Of a stretch of DNA of 64,000 bases, positions 1-12,569 are shown piece after piece. The stretch's first letter is position 1. Every line of letters starts with the position of its first letter. Source of the DNA: Octopus sinensis (lineage: Eukaryota); the NCBI RefSeq assembly GCF_006345805.1, contig NW_021832284.1, forward strand, positions 68,738-132,737, read 5' to 3'. The position numbers and the translations under genes are program-made. The notes under the pieces were generated by a model, which was not told where the DNA came from, searched no databases, and was given only the letters and a program-made list of their open reading frames with translations.

Positions 1-379
1 CTGTGCTTACGTTCTGAGTTGGAATTCCGCCGAGGTCGATTTTTCCTTTTGAGGTGGATAAAATAGGTACCGGTTGGGCAACTTTACTCCTGGATATGAG
101 TGTAAAAGCTGCACACCTCTGCCAAGTCATGTCAATCCAGTGTGCCAGAATACGATCACCAAACCAGTATGTTCTCAAGTTCAAAATCACGGCCTCCACC
201 TCAGACCGTGGTTGTTGGAGAGAATATGCTGAGGCCTTCGTCCTTCATGTGGACTGAACATGGCCAAAGAAAAAAAAGAAAGAATACGATTTATCAGTTG
301 AAGCTTAAGCATTCGATCGAAATTTTAACAAGATCGATAGAACAAGAGAATCGATGACCCAACTCTCCTATCACTAAAA

Positions 380-705
380 GGGTAAAGACCCACTTCAGTT
401 ATGACTGACCATGGGATTGTACCTACAAAGTCACCCTCCGTGGCACAAGTCTGGACAAGGTTTTTATGGAAGACCAGCAGTCACCCATGCATACCAGCCT
501 CCTCCTCTCCACACCACAAAGGGAAAGGAAAAGGCCGATACAGCTTGGCACCAGTGACGTGGCAGCACATTGCTACAGCTGAGTGAACTGGAGCAACATG
601 AAATAAAGTGTCTTGCTCAAGAGCACAACACACAGCCCTGGTCAGGAATCGAACTCACTACTTCATGATTGTGAGTCCGATGCTCTAACCATTGACCCAT
701 GCGCT
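380..705 (-). mobile_element. tRNA-derived SINE family D (copy at about 15040-15362)
   Basis: Minus-strand head tggttagagcatcggactc...gagttcgattcc. Confidence 0.8.
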
Positions 706-958
706 TCAACACTAAGCAATATATTATGGACAACTAAGGATTAAGTACTTACGAGCTGTTACGTGAATAACAATACAAAATCTAGGTAAATATATAAAAA
801 CACGAAACATCAAATTATTTGTTTTGTGATTATAAATCGGTATTTATCGGAAATAAACAACCTGCCGGAGTGCAAAACACAAGTTTTATATAAATATATA
901 TACATATATTTGCGCACGCATGTATGTTTATGTGTGTGTATGTTTGTGTGTGTGTGTG

Positions 959-1008
<50 letters not shown>

Positions 1009-1032
1009 AGGGAACAGCTTTTCTTTTGCACA

Positions 1033-1440
1033 GGCGCAGGAGTGGCTGTGTGGTAAGTAGCTTGTTTACCAACCACATAGTTCCGGGTTCAGTCCCACTG
1101 CGTGGCACATTGGGCAAGTGTCTTCTACTATAGCCTCGGACCGACCAAAGCCTTGTGAGTGGATTTGGTAGACGGAAACTGAAAGAAGCTCGTCGAATGT
1201 ATGTATATATATATATATGCGTGTGTGTGTTTGTGTGTCTCTGTTTGTCCCCCTAGCATTGCTTGACAACCGATGCTGGTGTGTTTATGTCCCCGTTACT
1301 TAGCGGTTCGGCAAAAGAGACTGATAGAATAAGTACAGGGCTTACAAAAGAATAAGTCCCGTAGTCGAGTGGCTCGATTAAAGGCGGTGCTCCAGCATGG
1401 CCGCAGTCAAATGACTGAAACTAATAAAAGAGTAAAGAGA
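1033..1440 (+). mobile_element. tRNA-derived SINE family A (other copies 15692-16100+, 23813-24220+, 16575-16995-)
   Basis: A/B-box-like head ggcgcaggagtggctgtgtggtaag...ggttcagtccc, internal microsatellite, agagtaa tail, several copies. Confidence 0.9.
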
Positions 1441-2117
1441 GAGTAAAGGGATATAATATTCAAAAACACGACTATGTTCATGTTTGATGTTTTTTGTGTA
1501 TACATATGTATATATGTTCACGTTTGATGTTTTTTATATGGTTTTTGTTTGTTTATATATGTCGTAAATCTTTATGAGTTCTTTATGTTTGGTCTGGAAC
1601 AACAGCGATTGTTAATCCTATAGTTTGATACTCCGAGCCTTTTTTTTATCGTCTTAATCTTAAAATAAACTATTGTAATCGCGTGTTGTCCGTATGATCT
1701 GCATAAAGTTGCAAAACGTCTTGGCAATAATTTTATAACTGATAAAATTATTAACTCCGAATTTAAAATTATACACCGTTAAATCCAGATAGATTTCAAG
1801 ATATGATTTTTTTAACACTTTTTTTATTATTTTTCATTATATATTTAAGTGTTAAGCATTTGTGTGCTTAATTTATTGAGTATTTCGCTATTTTTATTCC
1901 TTTTCTTTTATTCATTTATTTGTTTCAGTCATTTGACAGCGGCCATGCTGGAGCACCGCCTTTAGTCGAGCAAATCGACCCCAGGACTTATTCTTCTTAA
2001 GCCTAGTACTTATTCTATCGGTGTAGCTTGCCGAACCGCTAAGTTAGGGGGACGTAAACACACCAGCATCGGTTGTCAAGCGGTGTTGGGTGAACAAACA
2101 CAGACACAAACATATAT

Positions 2118-2150
<33 letters not shown>

Positions 2151-2184
2151 CATACACATATATATATACATATACATATATGTA

Positions 2185-2494
2185 TATATATATTAGAATA
2201 AATGAAGTAATCAGATCGCATGGTTCATATTTATAGATATTTATTTATATATTACATTTTTTACATATATATCATATCATTCAGATCATATCATTCGGAT
2301 TAGCGCTTTCTCCCAATCCAGTGGGGTTTTCAAATCAAAATTGATTTGAAAACCCCACTGGATTGGGAGAAAGCGCTAATCCGAATGATATGATCTGAAT
2401 GATATGATATATATATGTAAAAAATGTAATATATAAATAAATATCTATAAATATGAACCATCCGATCTGATTACCTCATTTTTTCTAATATATA
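2185..2494. repeat. About 155-bp-arm palindrome
   Basis: Arms mirror about 2339/2340 with a 2-nt spacer. Confidence 0.95.
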
Positions 2495-2530
2495 ATACCT
2501 GTACATCATCTCCAAACCTTCTAATATATA

Positions 2531-2636
<106 letters not shown>

Positions 2637-2894
2637 ATCAACTAATAAGGGTGAGAAAATTGGATACTAATTTAATAGTACCATCAATTTAACACCAAGT
2701 GGCTTAGTGAATAAAAACCAGGAATACAATAAATTTTATACGTAAATATAAGAGGGTGACCACTATGTGGTCGACTCTAGCACTAAAAATAGATCCGCTA
2801 CGGTTTCAGCCACGAAGAATTGTTTCCGATGAAAGTTAGCACAACTATTAGCGTAAACGAACAGGGCAAATAAAAAATAACAAAAATGCAAATC

Positions 2895-2973
2895 AATTCA
2901 GGACAATTGTTTCGCTATTAATAAATTATATAATTTTACTCACATAACATATCTGTAGCTCCTCAGCTGAATT
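2895..2973 (-). ncRNA. Type I hammerhead ribozyme (PLE remnant)
   Basis: Minus strand aattcag-CTGAGGA-gcta...tagc-GAAA-CAATTG-TC-ctgaatt. Canonical core with 7-bp stem I. Confidence 0.85.
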
Positions 2974-3353
2974 TGTCTAGAATACAATTTACTCAACCGC
3001 ATGCCAGATTTTACCATAACGATAAACACGCATGCGGTCCAGTCGATTGCATTCGCCGTTATAATTCAAATGCCCCCGCCAAAGCCCGCCAAAATTCACG
3101 GAAACAGATACTACGTGGCACATTGGGCAAGTGACTTCTACTATAGCCTCGAGCCGACCAAAGCCTTATGAGTGGATTTGGTAGACCGTCGTATATATAT
3201 GTATATATATATATATACATATATATATACGACGGTCTACCAAATCTACACACAAGGCTTTGGTCGGCTCGAGGCTATAGTAGAAGTCACTTGCCCAATG
3301 TACCACGCAGTGGGACTGAACCCGGAACTATGTGGTTGGTAAGCAAGCTTCTT

Positions 3354-5570
3354 TATTTCATTACATTTGCCATGAAGGCAGTACATAGAGTAAAGTAGCT
3401 TTGCGGGCTGGATGAGGACATTAATGAAATGAATGATAATGAAAGAAAGATGATAAGGATGGGAGAAGACAAAAAGCGCCCGCCGACTTCTGCTGCTCTA
3501 AAACATTGTTCTTTAAAATCAAACACAAAACGAGGTATTAAACCTCTTACAACTTTTACAACTATTACATATAATATAAATACAATACACAAAGCCCCTC
3601 CTCCCAGACCTGGCTTACACTTCCCTTAGGAATGCGCCAGCTCTAGGTCGGGGCCTCTCAAGTCGTATCTAAACATGTCCTATCAAACGTAAAAAATACA
3701 TTATCACTTCTCCGTTCCTCCTCTTTCTGGACCTCCAGTCAAATATCTAGCCGCCTGCAGAGCAAACCACGTTGACTGCCGGGGAGTTCAGAAAGAAAGC
3801 AAAGTGCCTATTATCAAATGTTTGTGTCACACAGTGCCACAATTTATGACTCATCCTCAAAATAACTTGTGCCCGCATCCTCTGCCATCCTCCACGCCTC
3901 TACCAAAACCACATCGAGTTCCGTGTTAGCGTTGCCCGGGAACAAGCCATATTCCTCATTGAGCTCCTTCAGCTCAAACGTCACGTCGAACGTCGTGGCC
4001 TCCACAGCTATCTGCGGAGGCCATTCGGGGTCCTGTGTGAAGACTGAAGGTGCTCCCTTATGGTGCTTTTCCATCACCTTTTCAATCTCTCCGCCTCTAT
4101 GGAAGAAGATCAATATATCGTCTTTCTCCGGGGGCGGGATATTCAATTCTTTCATTGGCGGCACAGTTCCCGGCCAACGGTGTTTCTTCTCCTGTCGGTG
4201 GCACAATCCCAACCTTCTTCCTCTTTCGGCCCCTGTTCGAGGAGTCCTCCGCTTCCTCGGCCGTCTTCATTCCCTCTTCTACAGGGGTCTCACTTAACTG
4301 CTTCGGGATCTTATTTTGTTCCCGGGGACAGTTTTACTTTATATGGCCGGACTCCAGGCACCGATGACACCTGGGGGTGGGCCGACCCTCAAGTAACACC
4401 GGGTCCCTGCACCCGGCCATTTTCAAAAAATCTGGAAAAACCAGATTGGCTGGTTGGGTCCAAAGGATCAAAATTGCTTTTCACCCAACCCAAACAGCCG
4501 CAGGAAGAAATTTCACATTAAGGAGCTTGGTCCCGCTGCCACCCAGACCCCGGCGGATAGTCTCCTCTATCCACTCGGGTTTTATCACGGGGGGCAGCCC
4601 GCAGATCCAAGCTTTCGTCAACCTCTTCCCATGATACGTGGGAAGAAATAAAATTTCCTTACCCTCCAGGGGTTGACTAGCAAATTTGCGAGCCTCTTCA
4701 GGGGTGTCAAGTAGCAACCACACCGTTGCATATCTGACACCCCTGGAATTGAATTTAATTGTTGGCAAATACTCTGCCAACTCCTTTTCAATTGCCGTCT
4801 TTTCGAGTAGGGCGATGGTTTCGAGTGCCTTGGAGTAGGTTCTCAATACCACCGTCCTATCTTCACGGTCTTTTAACCACCTTTTAGGCGGTATAATCTC
4901 CCATTCCAAAATTTTGTCATTTTTCATTGCCATGTTTCTTTTCTTTTTTTTTAAATATATTCAAAATAAAACTTAAAAAGCGAGAAAAATAAATTAAAAG
5001 AAAGTCACAATAAACAAAAAGGAGAAAGTCAAATAAAGTTTAGAAGAAAGTCAATAGTTCAGGAACACAGCAGAAAAAAAATCTTCTGGCCATTCGGTAC
5101 TCCCGGCCTAGGTTGAACTCGAAACGCCACAACTGGAACACAACTTCCACAAAAATTGATATACAAATTGTTCAATCTTCGGAGGCAAAGCACTCCCTCA
5201 TACAGCAGTTCTTACAATTATTAAAGTTCTTCAAATGGTACAATACAAGCAATAATTCTCATACTTAAGTGAGAAAAATATTCACTCAACGTAAACCGAA
5301 GACGAGGATACGCCCCACCAAAAAATGAATCCAATAGATTCTCAATGCACAAAAACAGCAGCCGCCGAGAGCAGGCGAAATTGTGCAAGAGCTGGGCACA
5401 ATTTACTGAAAAAATGATTCGCATGCGATAAATTATGCCCAGCTCACAATAAACAATCACCTACCTCGACAAACTTCTGTTTTTGTTCTTTTTTTTCTTT
5501 TTAGGACGGAGCTCAACGCTCACGTCCTCACCGTTCTGTGTCAAGGAATCGACTCCACGACCGGAACCGA
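3354..5570 (-). mobile_element. ORF1-only L1/Tx1-type (half-L1-like) retroelement
   Basis: 13-bp TSD aagcaagcttctt (3341-3353, 5571-5583), decayed ORF1 4933->3844 with CHRCLESGHIK*NC zinc knuckle, AATAAA at the 3' end, no ORF2. Confidence 0.75.
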
Positions 5571-5789
5571 AAGCAAGCTTCTTACCACACGGTCACTCCT
5601 GCGCTCCTATTAGTAAAGTTGCTGCAATTATTCTCATTAAATGTGGAATTCAATATAAATCTTGATGTACTGTGAACTCACATACCACATTATTATGAGT
5701 TGAAATGGCTCCTTGTTGTAAATGTATGGTCTAGCAGCAGGAAGCATCGCCCTTGTTAGTCTGGCGTAGGTATTTGACTTATGTAAATT

Positions 5790-6000
5790 ACATCACTTTG
5801 GTCCATGAAATCCTCACAACGGCGAACAAAAAGAAAGCTGAGAGACATAACCATGTAAGAAGTTGCGGTGGTCTTGCAAGGACAATTCTGCATGGAAACA
5901 AAGAGTTAAGAAAAAAGAAGAAAGGCAGACAAAGGTAAAAATGAAAGGAAAACTTCAAGGAATGGAAAGACGAATCCTGCACGGTGAGCTAAGATGTGGC
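5790..6000 (+). mobile_element. Decayed RTE-type LINE C-terminal fragment (paralog at about 17190-17330)
   Basis: ILTT.KKK...HVR..GLARTILHG...KKKKGRQ resembles RTE ORF C-termini. Confidence 0.55.
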
Positions 6001-6487
6001 ACACAGCTGCGACTGATGGAGAAGATTAGTATATACTATGTCACATCATCGGAATTTAAGGTCCCACGTAACCAATGCACACACATAAATACTAATAATA
6101 CGTGTGTGTGTGTGTGTGTGTAAGTTTTGGGATTTGGTTTACAAGATTCTTTATGTGAGTTCGTGTATTGAAGTTTATTTTGTTGTCTGGGGAGAGGTAT
6201 TCCCTTTTAGTGTCTTATTATTTAACGCACTCACCGGTAAAGTTTCCCCTCATTTCCTTTATTTTTCTTAAAATTTTTCATACGTAGACCCACACACATG
6301 CGCACAAACAAACAAAAAGAACGCAACTCGGACAACGGACAATGTCAACGACTATTGAAAAGGTCGTAAGCCGCAACGAAAATTTAAAAAAATAAATAAG
6401 TAAATGAGTGGACACTTTATCGGTGAAATGTTAAATAATAAGGCACTAAAAGAGAATGACTCGCCCCAAACACAACAGTACACAACA

Positions 6488-6488
6488 T

Positions 6489-6550
<62 letters not shown>

Positions 6551-6551
6551 C

Positions 6552-6614
<63 letters not shown>

Positions 6615-6615
6615 C

Positions 6616-6654
<39 letters not shown>

Positions 6655-6683
6655 CAGATAGATAGATAGATAGATAGATAGAC

Positions 6684-6722
<39 letters not shown>

Positions 6723-6723
6723 C

Positions 6724-6800
<77 letters not shown>
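6488..6800. repeat. (GATA)n microsatellite (also 8015-8085, 22336-22629, about 40810-41080, 43635-43777)
   Basis: Directly visible in the sequence. Confidence 0.98.
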
Positions 6801-8014
6801 TGTTTCTTTATTAGCCACACAGGGATGCACACAGACGGGACAAATTACAAGGTAGAGCTTTTCTTTTGGGGAGAAAGAAGGGGATTTGGTTTTTGATCAA
6901 AAGGGATCGTAAAAGGAAAGAAAGAGGAAAGCAAAAAAAAGGGGGGAAGGGGTAAAAAATAAAAGGAAAAGGAAAAAATCGATCAATAGGGATCGTTATC
7001 ACAGAAATGTCAATATAAAGTGTAAAGGGGAGGACAGGTGAGGTTTGCCCGTGGAAAGAAAAGCCTACGGAAAAGACCACGGTAACCTCGGTCAATGAAG
7101 TCACATGTTATATTTGTTTTACAAATAAGCAACTCTCTGTATTGATTTTTACGGTTCATCGGATCATAGTCAAGGTGGCTTCGTCATCCATACGTGCCAT
7201 CCTTGCTACATTCACCCATCTTTTTTAAAAACATTTACTAGACAAAACTTGCCTCTCTACTCTCACTTTCCTCTTCAAGTGATACTTGAAGAAGTTGATG
7301 AGAGATTGACCAGAGGGGAAAGTGTTTGTCTCTAATCCTTTCAGGCGCGTCCACCAGATACATTCTTTCGCCATAGCCACAAGTATGATAAAAATAGCAC
7401 TTCCTTCCCGTTTGATGGAAGGAGGCGTGACGATATTAACGATAGACTCGGCTGATAAACCGACACGTCCCACACGTGACAGCAGTCGTTCGACATAAGC
7501 CCACAGGTCGGAGATTGTTGGACACTGCACGATTGCATGCAGAACGGTTTCGTCGCTCTCACCGCATCTCGGGCAGGTCGGCCCGGTGTTTCTCGAGCCA
7601 TGCCTATAGAGCTTATCCCGAACGGGTAGCGCTTCTCGGTAGCACCGCCAGGCCAGGGATCTCTGGAAATTGTCCATAGGTCCCGGCCCGAAAGTCATTT
7701 CAAACAGGCTGGTCAGGTATTTTTGAAACGACTTTCGGGCCGGGACCTATGGACAACTTCCAGAGATCCCTGGCCTGGGGTGCTACCGAATAGCGCTACC
7801 CGTTCAGGATAAGCTCTATAGGCATGGGTCGAGAAACACAGGGACGACCTGCCCGAGATGCGGTCAGAGCGACGAAACCGTTCTGCACGCGATCGTGCAT
7901 TGTCCAACAATCTCCGACCTGTGGGCTTATGTCGAACGACTGCTGTCACGTGTGGGACGTGTCGGTTTATCAGCCAAGTCTGATAAACCGACACGTCCCA
8001 CACGTGACAGCAGT
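6800..8014 (-). mobile_element. Tx1/L1-clade LINE 3' fragment with inverted 5' segments
   Basis: ORF 7225..7698 has the C-terminal zinc finger CPRC...ETVLH...C. 7714-7975 is an inverted copy. Flanked by (GATA)n. Confidence 0.85.
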
Positions 8015-8015
8015 C

Positions 8016-8083
<68 letters not shown>

Positions 8084-9220
8084 GAGATAAGAAAAGAAAT
8101 AGAACAACAATTAACAATTAGACGTTGAGCATTTGTATTAAATGGTCAAAATTTAATTATAGCTAAAATAACATTAACAGCTGTTACATTTTGTTATTTT
8201 TGAGGTAGATTTGCATTTATCTCGTTCCATATAACAAGCATCGTCAGAATGATTTGGAGTTTATCAGAGGAATATTGATAGGAGGAAAAAGGAAAAAGGA
8301 AAAGAAAAAAGAAAAAGGGAAAAAAGTTACATTTTTGTTTCCTCTAAAGGTTGCTCGTGTGTGTACATTTATTTTAGCTATAATTAAACTGTGACCATTT
8401 AATACCAATGATCAACTTCTAATTGTTAATTGTTGCCCCATTTCTTTTCTTATCTGAATATATTAAACCACAGTTTACCATTAAAAGTTACCAATTACTA
8501 TTAACCTTATAGCAAGGCCTCTACATAGTTAGGTAATACACCAGTAATGCCTACGGATACATTTATCCCTTAGACAGTTGCATATTATTTTCATCAACAA
8601 GATAAGTAACGTTTTTTATTTAACAATATTATTTAACTTTTGATCGTATTAAGTTTGATTATTATTATTTTTATTATTGTTGTTGTTGTTGTTAAAATAT
8701 ATTGTTGTTAAAAAATTATATATAATTTCTTGATAATTATTAGTTATGATAAGTATATCTATATATTTATTATGCTTTATTATAATTTTTTAGTGTGATT
8801 TAACCTATTACATATAATTTAACTTGAGAATTAGTTTTGTAAGACAATACATTATTTAATAGTTAGATGGTCTATTTATTACGTAGTATTACATTTAAGT
8901 AAACTAGTTTAAGATAAATCGATATTTTGGTTAACTATTTTATTGAGTAAAATATTAAATCTATAGATACTATTTATATATTAATAATATAGTTAGTTTA
9001 TCTAATAGGTGTGAACTATTTCTTATTTTTTATACTAATATTTATAGCTTGTACTAACATTATGTATATTACTTAACATTAAAGTTTTTAATATAAATTA
9101 CTTAATGAGTATAAAATTATATTTAGATATTTATTAAATAAATTAATTAATTAATAATTTAATTTAATGAATATAGTTTAAATTATAGTATTTAGTTTTC
9201 ACTTAATGTATATTTTGTAT

Positions 9221-9288
<68 letters not shown>

Positions 9289-9413
9289 TACTTGGAGGAA
9301 AGAAACGAACCGACGCGAGGGCGCTCAGTCATATAATAACAATTTAATAAATTAAATATATGCATGCATGCATACATATATGTACGTACCTAAATCTATA
9401 TGTATATATACAA

Positions 9414-9469
<56 letters not shown>

Positions 9470-10009
9470 TATATATATGAGTACAGGACACCACAAATAA
9501 ACGTAGAACACAACGAGAAAGGAAAACATAAAAACAAACTAGGAAACGGACTTTTTTTAACAACGAAAAAACAGAGTACAAGACAAACAATACAAGGAAT
9601 ATTCCCCTTCATCAGCTGTCCCTGGCTCGACTCAATGCGTTTGTCGAAGGTAAGGACAGAACTCGATCCGGCCGAAGCAGTCCTTCCTGCAAAATGAATT
9701 AAATAAAATTCTTTTGCAGAGGGGTAAAACAAAGAAAGAAAAAAAGTGACAAGAGCAGGAAGTAAAAGCAATACAAATAAAAATACAGTACACATAAAGA
9801 ATAAAAACAGGACAATGAAACCAACATTGAGGGCTATTTTGTAAGCCTAGACGATGGAAAAAAAGATATATATATATATTTCAAATATTTTAATTAATTT
9901 TATCTTATTTTTTAAACGAGAATATATTTGTTAAGATATTCCGTATTTTACAAGATTATTTATATGTATTAATTAATTTATCTAATTAATTATTTTATTG
10001 TTGTTATCT

Positions 10010-10115
10010 TTAACCTGAAGAGAGACTATATTTATATTGAAGTGATTTTACTACTACTACTATTAGTATTACTATTATCATTTCTTAAATATAGCCACGA
10101 AACACGTGTCGATAT
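10010..10115 (+). ncRNA. Degenerate hammerhead ribozyme
   Basis: CTGAAGA...ctatattt/aaatatag stem II...GAAACACGTGTC. Stem I is poor. Confidence 0.55.
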
Positions 10116-10349
10116 TCTACCATATATATGCGTTTTATTTATTATTTTGCACATTACTTAATCATTGTTATATGTTTTATCTTATATTTAATCTTTCTAT
10201 AATATGTAATTTTTCTAAATGGCGTAATTTAATTTTTCATTATTGAATTGATAAAAGGTGCTTTTTCTAATTTATATATATATATATATATATATATGTT
10301 ATATTTTTGGAAATTTGATTTAGTATTTCTAAATTGAACTTACCCTGTA

Positions 10350-11427
10350 AGATTTTACCTTGATCGCTCCAGCTTTCTTTTTTGTGTTATAGAATAAAAA
10401 TGAGCGCTCCACTAGCACTGTGCACCAGGGAAGAACAGAAATCAGTGATCCGATTTCTCTGAAGTTGTGGTAGGGGCTGAAATTCATCGCAGGCTTTCAG
10501 TACAATATGGGGACTTCTCGAGAAGTCTAAAAATTGCCAAACAAGAATGAAACACGAAGAGGGAGAAGGGTGCCAATAACCTCCATCGCTAAAGTGAAGA
10601 TTTCAAGAGCTCAAGAGATGGTTCTGGCATACTGACGAGTGAACATTGATGAGGTGGCATGTTCTCTACAAATTAGTCATGGTTCTGCATACGAAATTAT
10701 CCACGGCAAACTTCGCTTCTGTAAGGTTTGTGCGACATGGGTGCCAAGATAGCTTGCAGAAGTGCATAAACGGAGTTTGTGGATATCTGCCAACGCTTAC
10801 TCAACTGCTACAACGATGAAGGGAAAGTGTTTTTTGGAAAGAGCCACGGATGAGACTTTGATTCAGAATCGAAACAGCAGAGTATAGAGTAGAGACACCC
10901 AAAATCACAAGCGTAAAAGACATTAAAAACTCAAACTTCCAAAGAATAAATTACATTAACTGTTTTTTTATGTGTAAAAGGGCCTATGCAAGAACATTAC
11001 CTGGAAAGTGGGTCTACAGTCGCCAGTAACAGTAGAATGTTAGTCAACAAATTGAAACCAGTAATTTGCACCAAACGCCGAGGTCTACCATCAAATAAGT
11101 TTTATTGTAGCACGACAATTCACGCCCACCCCATATACGGCCGCCCACACCATTGAAACCATTGAAAAATTTTATTTTTAGCTGCTGGAAAACCCTGCAT
11201 ACACTCCAGATCTCTCCCCTTCCGTTAATCACCTCTTTTGGGTCGCCCAAACATCCTTTACGAGTTCGTCGATTTGCTGTGAAGAAGAGCAAGAAGCGAC
11301 GCATGAATGGCTGCGTGACCAGCCGAAAGTCTTCGATAGAATAAGCAAGTTGTGAACCGCTAGAAGTGCATTGAAAAGACAGGAGTGAATACAAGTGTCC
11401 ATATGATTTTTGACTCACCCTCGCGTA
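10350..11427 (+). mobile_element. Highly decayed mariner element
   Basis: MSAPLALCTREEQKSVIRFL start, WVPR and HDN remnants, right end ...tgactcaccctcg..ta. Confidence 0.8.
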
Positions 11428-12569
11428 AGGGCGTGCACATATATGCGTGAATGTGTGTACATAAAGGTTTCATTTTGCTTGCACTGTATTGCAGAACATT
11501 CGCTTCATCAAATTGGACGTAGATTAAAATGATTTCGATGCCTTCCGAGAGTCCCGTGTGCTTTTGGCTCGCATGCTTTGCTACGGTTGTGTTAATCACA
11601 TAACCATGAAGAATCGACCTAGGCTTCTCTCTGCAGTTTACCAATTCTATAATTACTAATATTTCTTACCCCAACCAACACTGAAGAGCATTGTTGAATC
11701 TAGCTAATACGAAACCTAACGTACTAATTATTATAAAGATACACTGGTTATTTTGTTTTCAAGAGATCTCTTTACTACTTTTCGTGGTTGTAATAGCTGG
11801 TCTGTGTTCTTACAACAGTGAGTAACCCACTAAAGGGCAAATGTTTCCCTTTAAGTTTTATCAACTTCCGAAGATCAGTTCTTTGAGCTTATGCTTCATC
11901 CCCCATCTACTCAATTTCACTCAGAGAATAAGGGTTACCAAAATCACTTCGTAATAGTATATTTTATGGCATACAAATCGACGTAATATATAGTGTAAAT
12001 ATATAGTGTAAACATTCAAACATCGACACTATTTTCCCAGATAATGTTGCATTTCACATAGAATGTTTTGTCTTCCAAATTCATCTTTGCTTATAAGTTG
12101 GCCTACTCATTTTAGCAGTAAATTCTGGTCCGCAAAAGTTCAATTTGTATATCGGAAAATAGTACAGCCTGTTAGTAATTTTACTTAGTAAAACCTTGGG
12201 GCTTTTTTATGCCATTACAAATAAATATATTTGTATGTATTAATATATATTCGTGTATACAACATGTGATACACTCCTGTATTTTGGGAGCGTACGTGAA
12301 TGTTTCTTATCAATTATGGGATTTCAACAGATTCTGAACGTGTGTAAAGTCCATGAAATTACAAGTTCGTAAAATATTTTGCAAATTGTGTGATGCCTTG
12401 TAGATGTGTTATGCGTATGTATAGTATACCTGTTGAATTTAGAACTGCCGTACAAGCTACTAGAAGTAAATGTTTGTTATGCGTATTGTTCTTAAAATCA
12501 ATATCATGTCTTAAATTTATCCTTGTTGGATATGTGGCAAGGTGGACGAGGGTGTCTTGCTTGAAAATT

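Larger units (their letters stand above)
1..2150 (+). repeat. Segmental duplication copy 1 (copy 2 at about 14659-16830, continuing as 5571-5940 vs about 16963-17330)
   Basis: Long near-identical sequence at offset 14658. ORFs 142..357 and 14800..15015 match. Confidence 0.95.

Noticed and set aside
9600-9660. Minus-strand CTGATGA hammerhead-like core in a repeat also present at about 24700-24930
   Set aside because: No properly placed GAAA or stems, and the second copy lacks the core.
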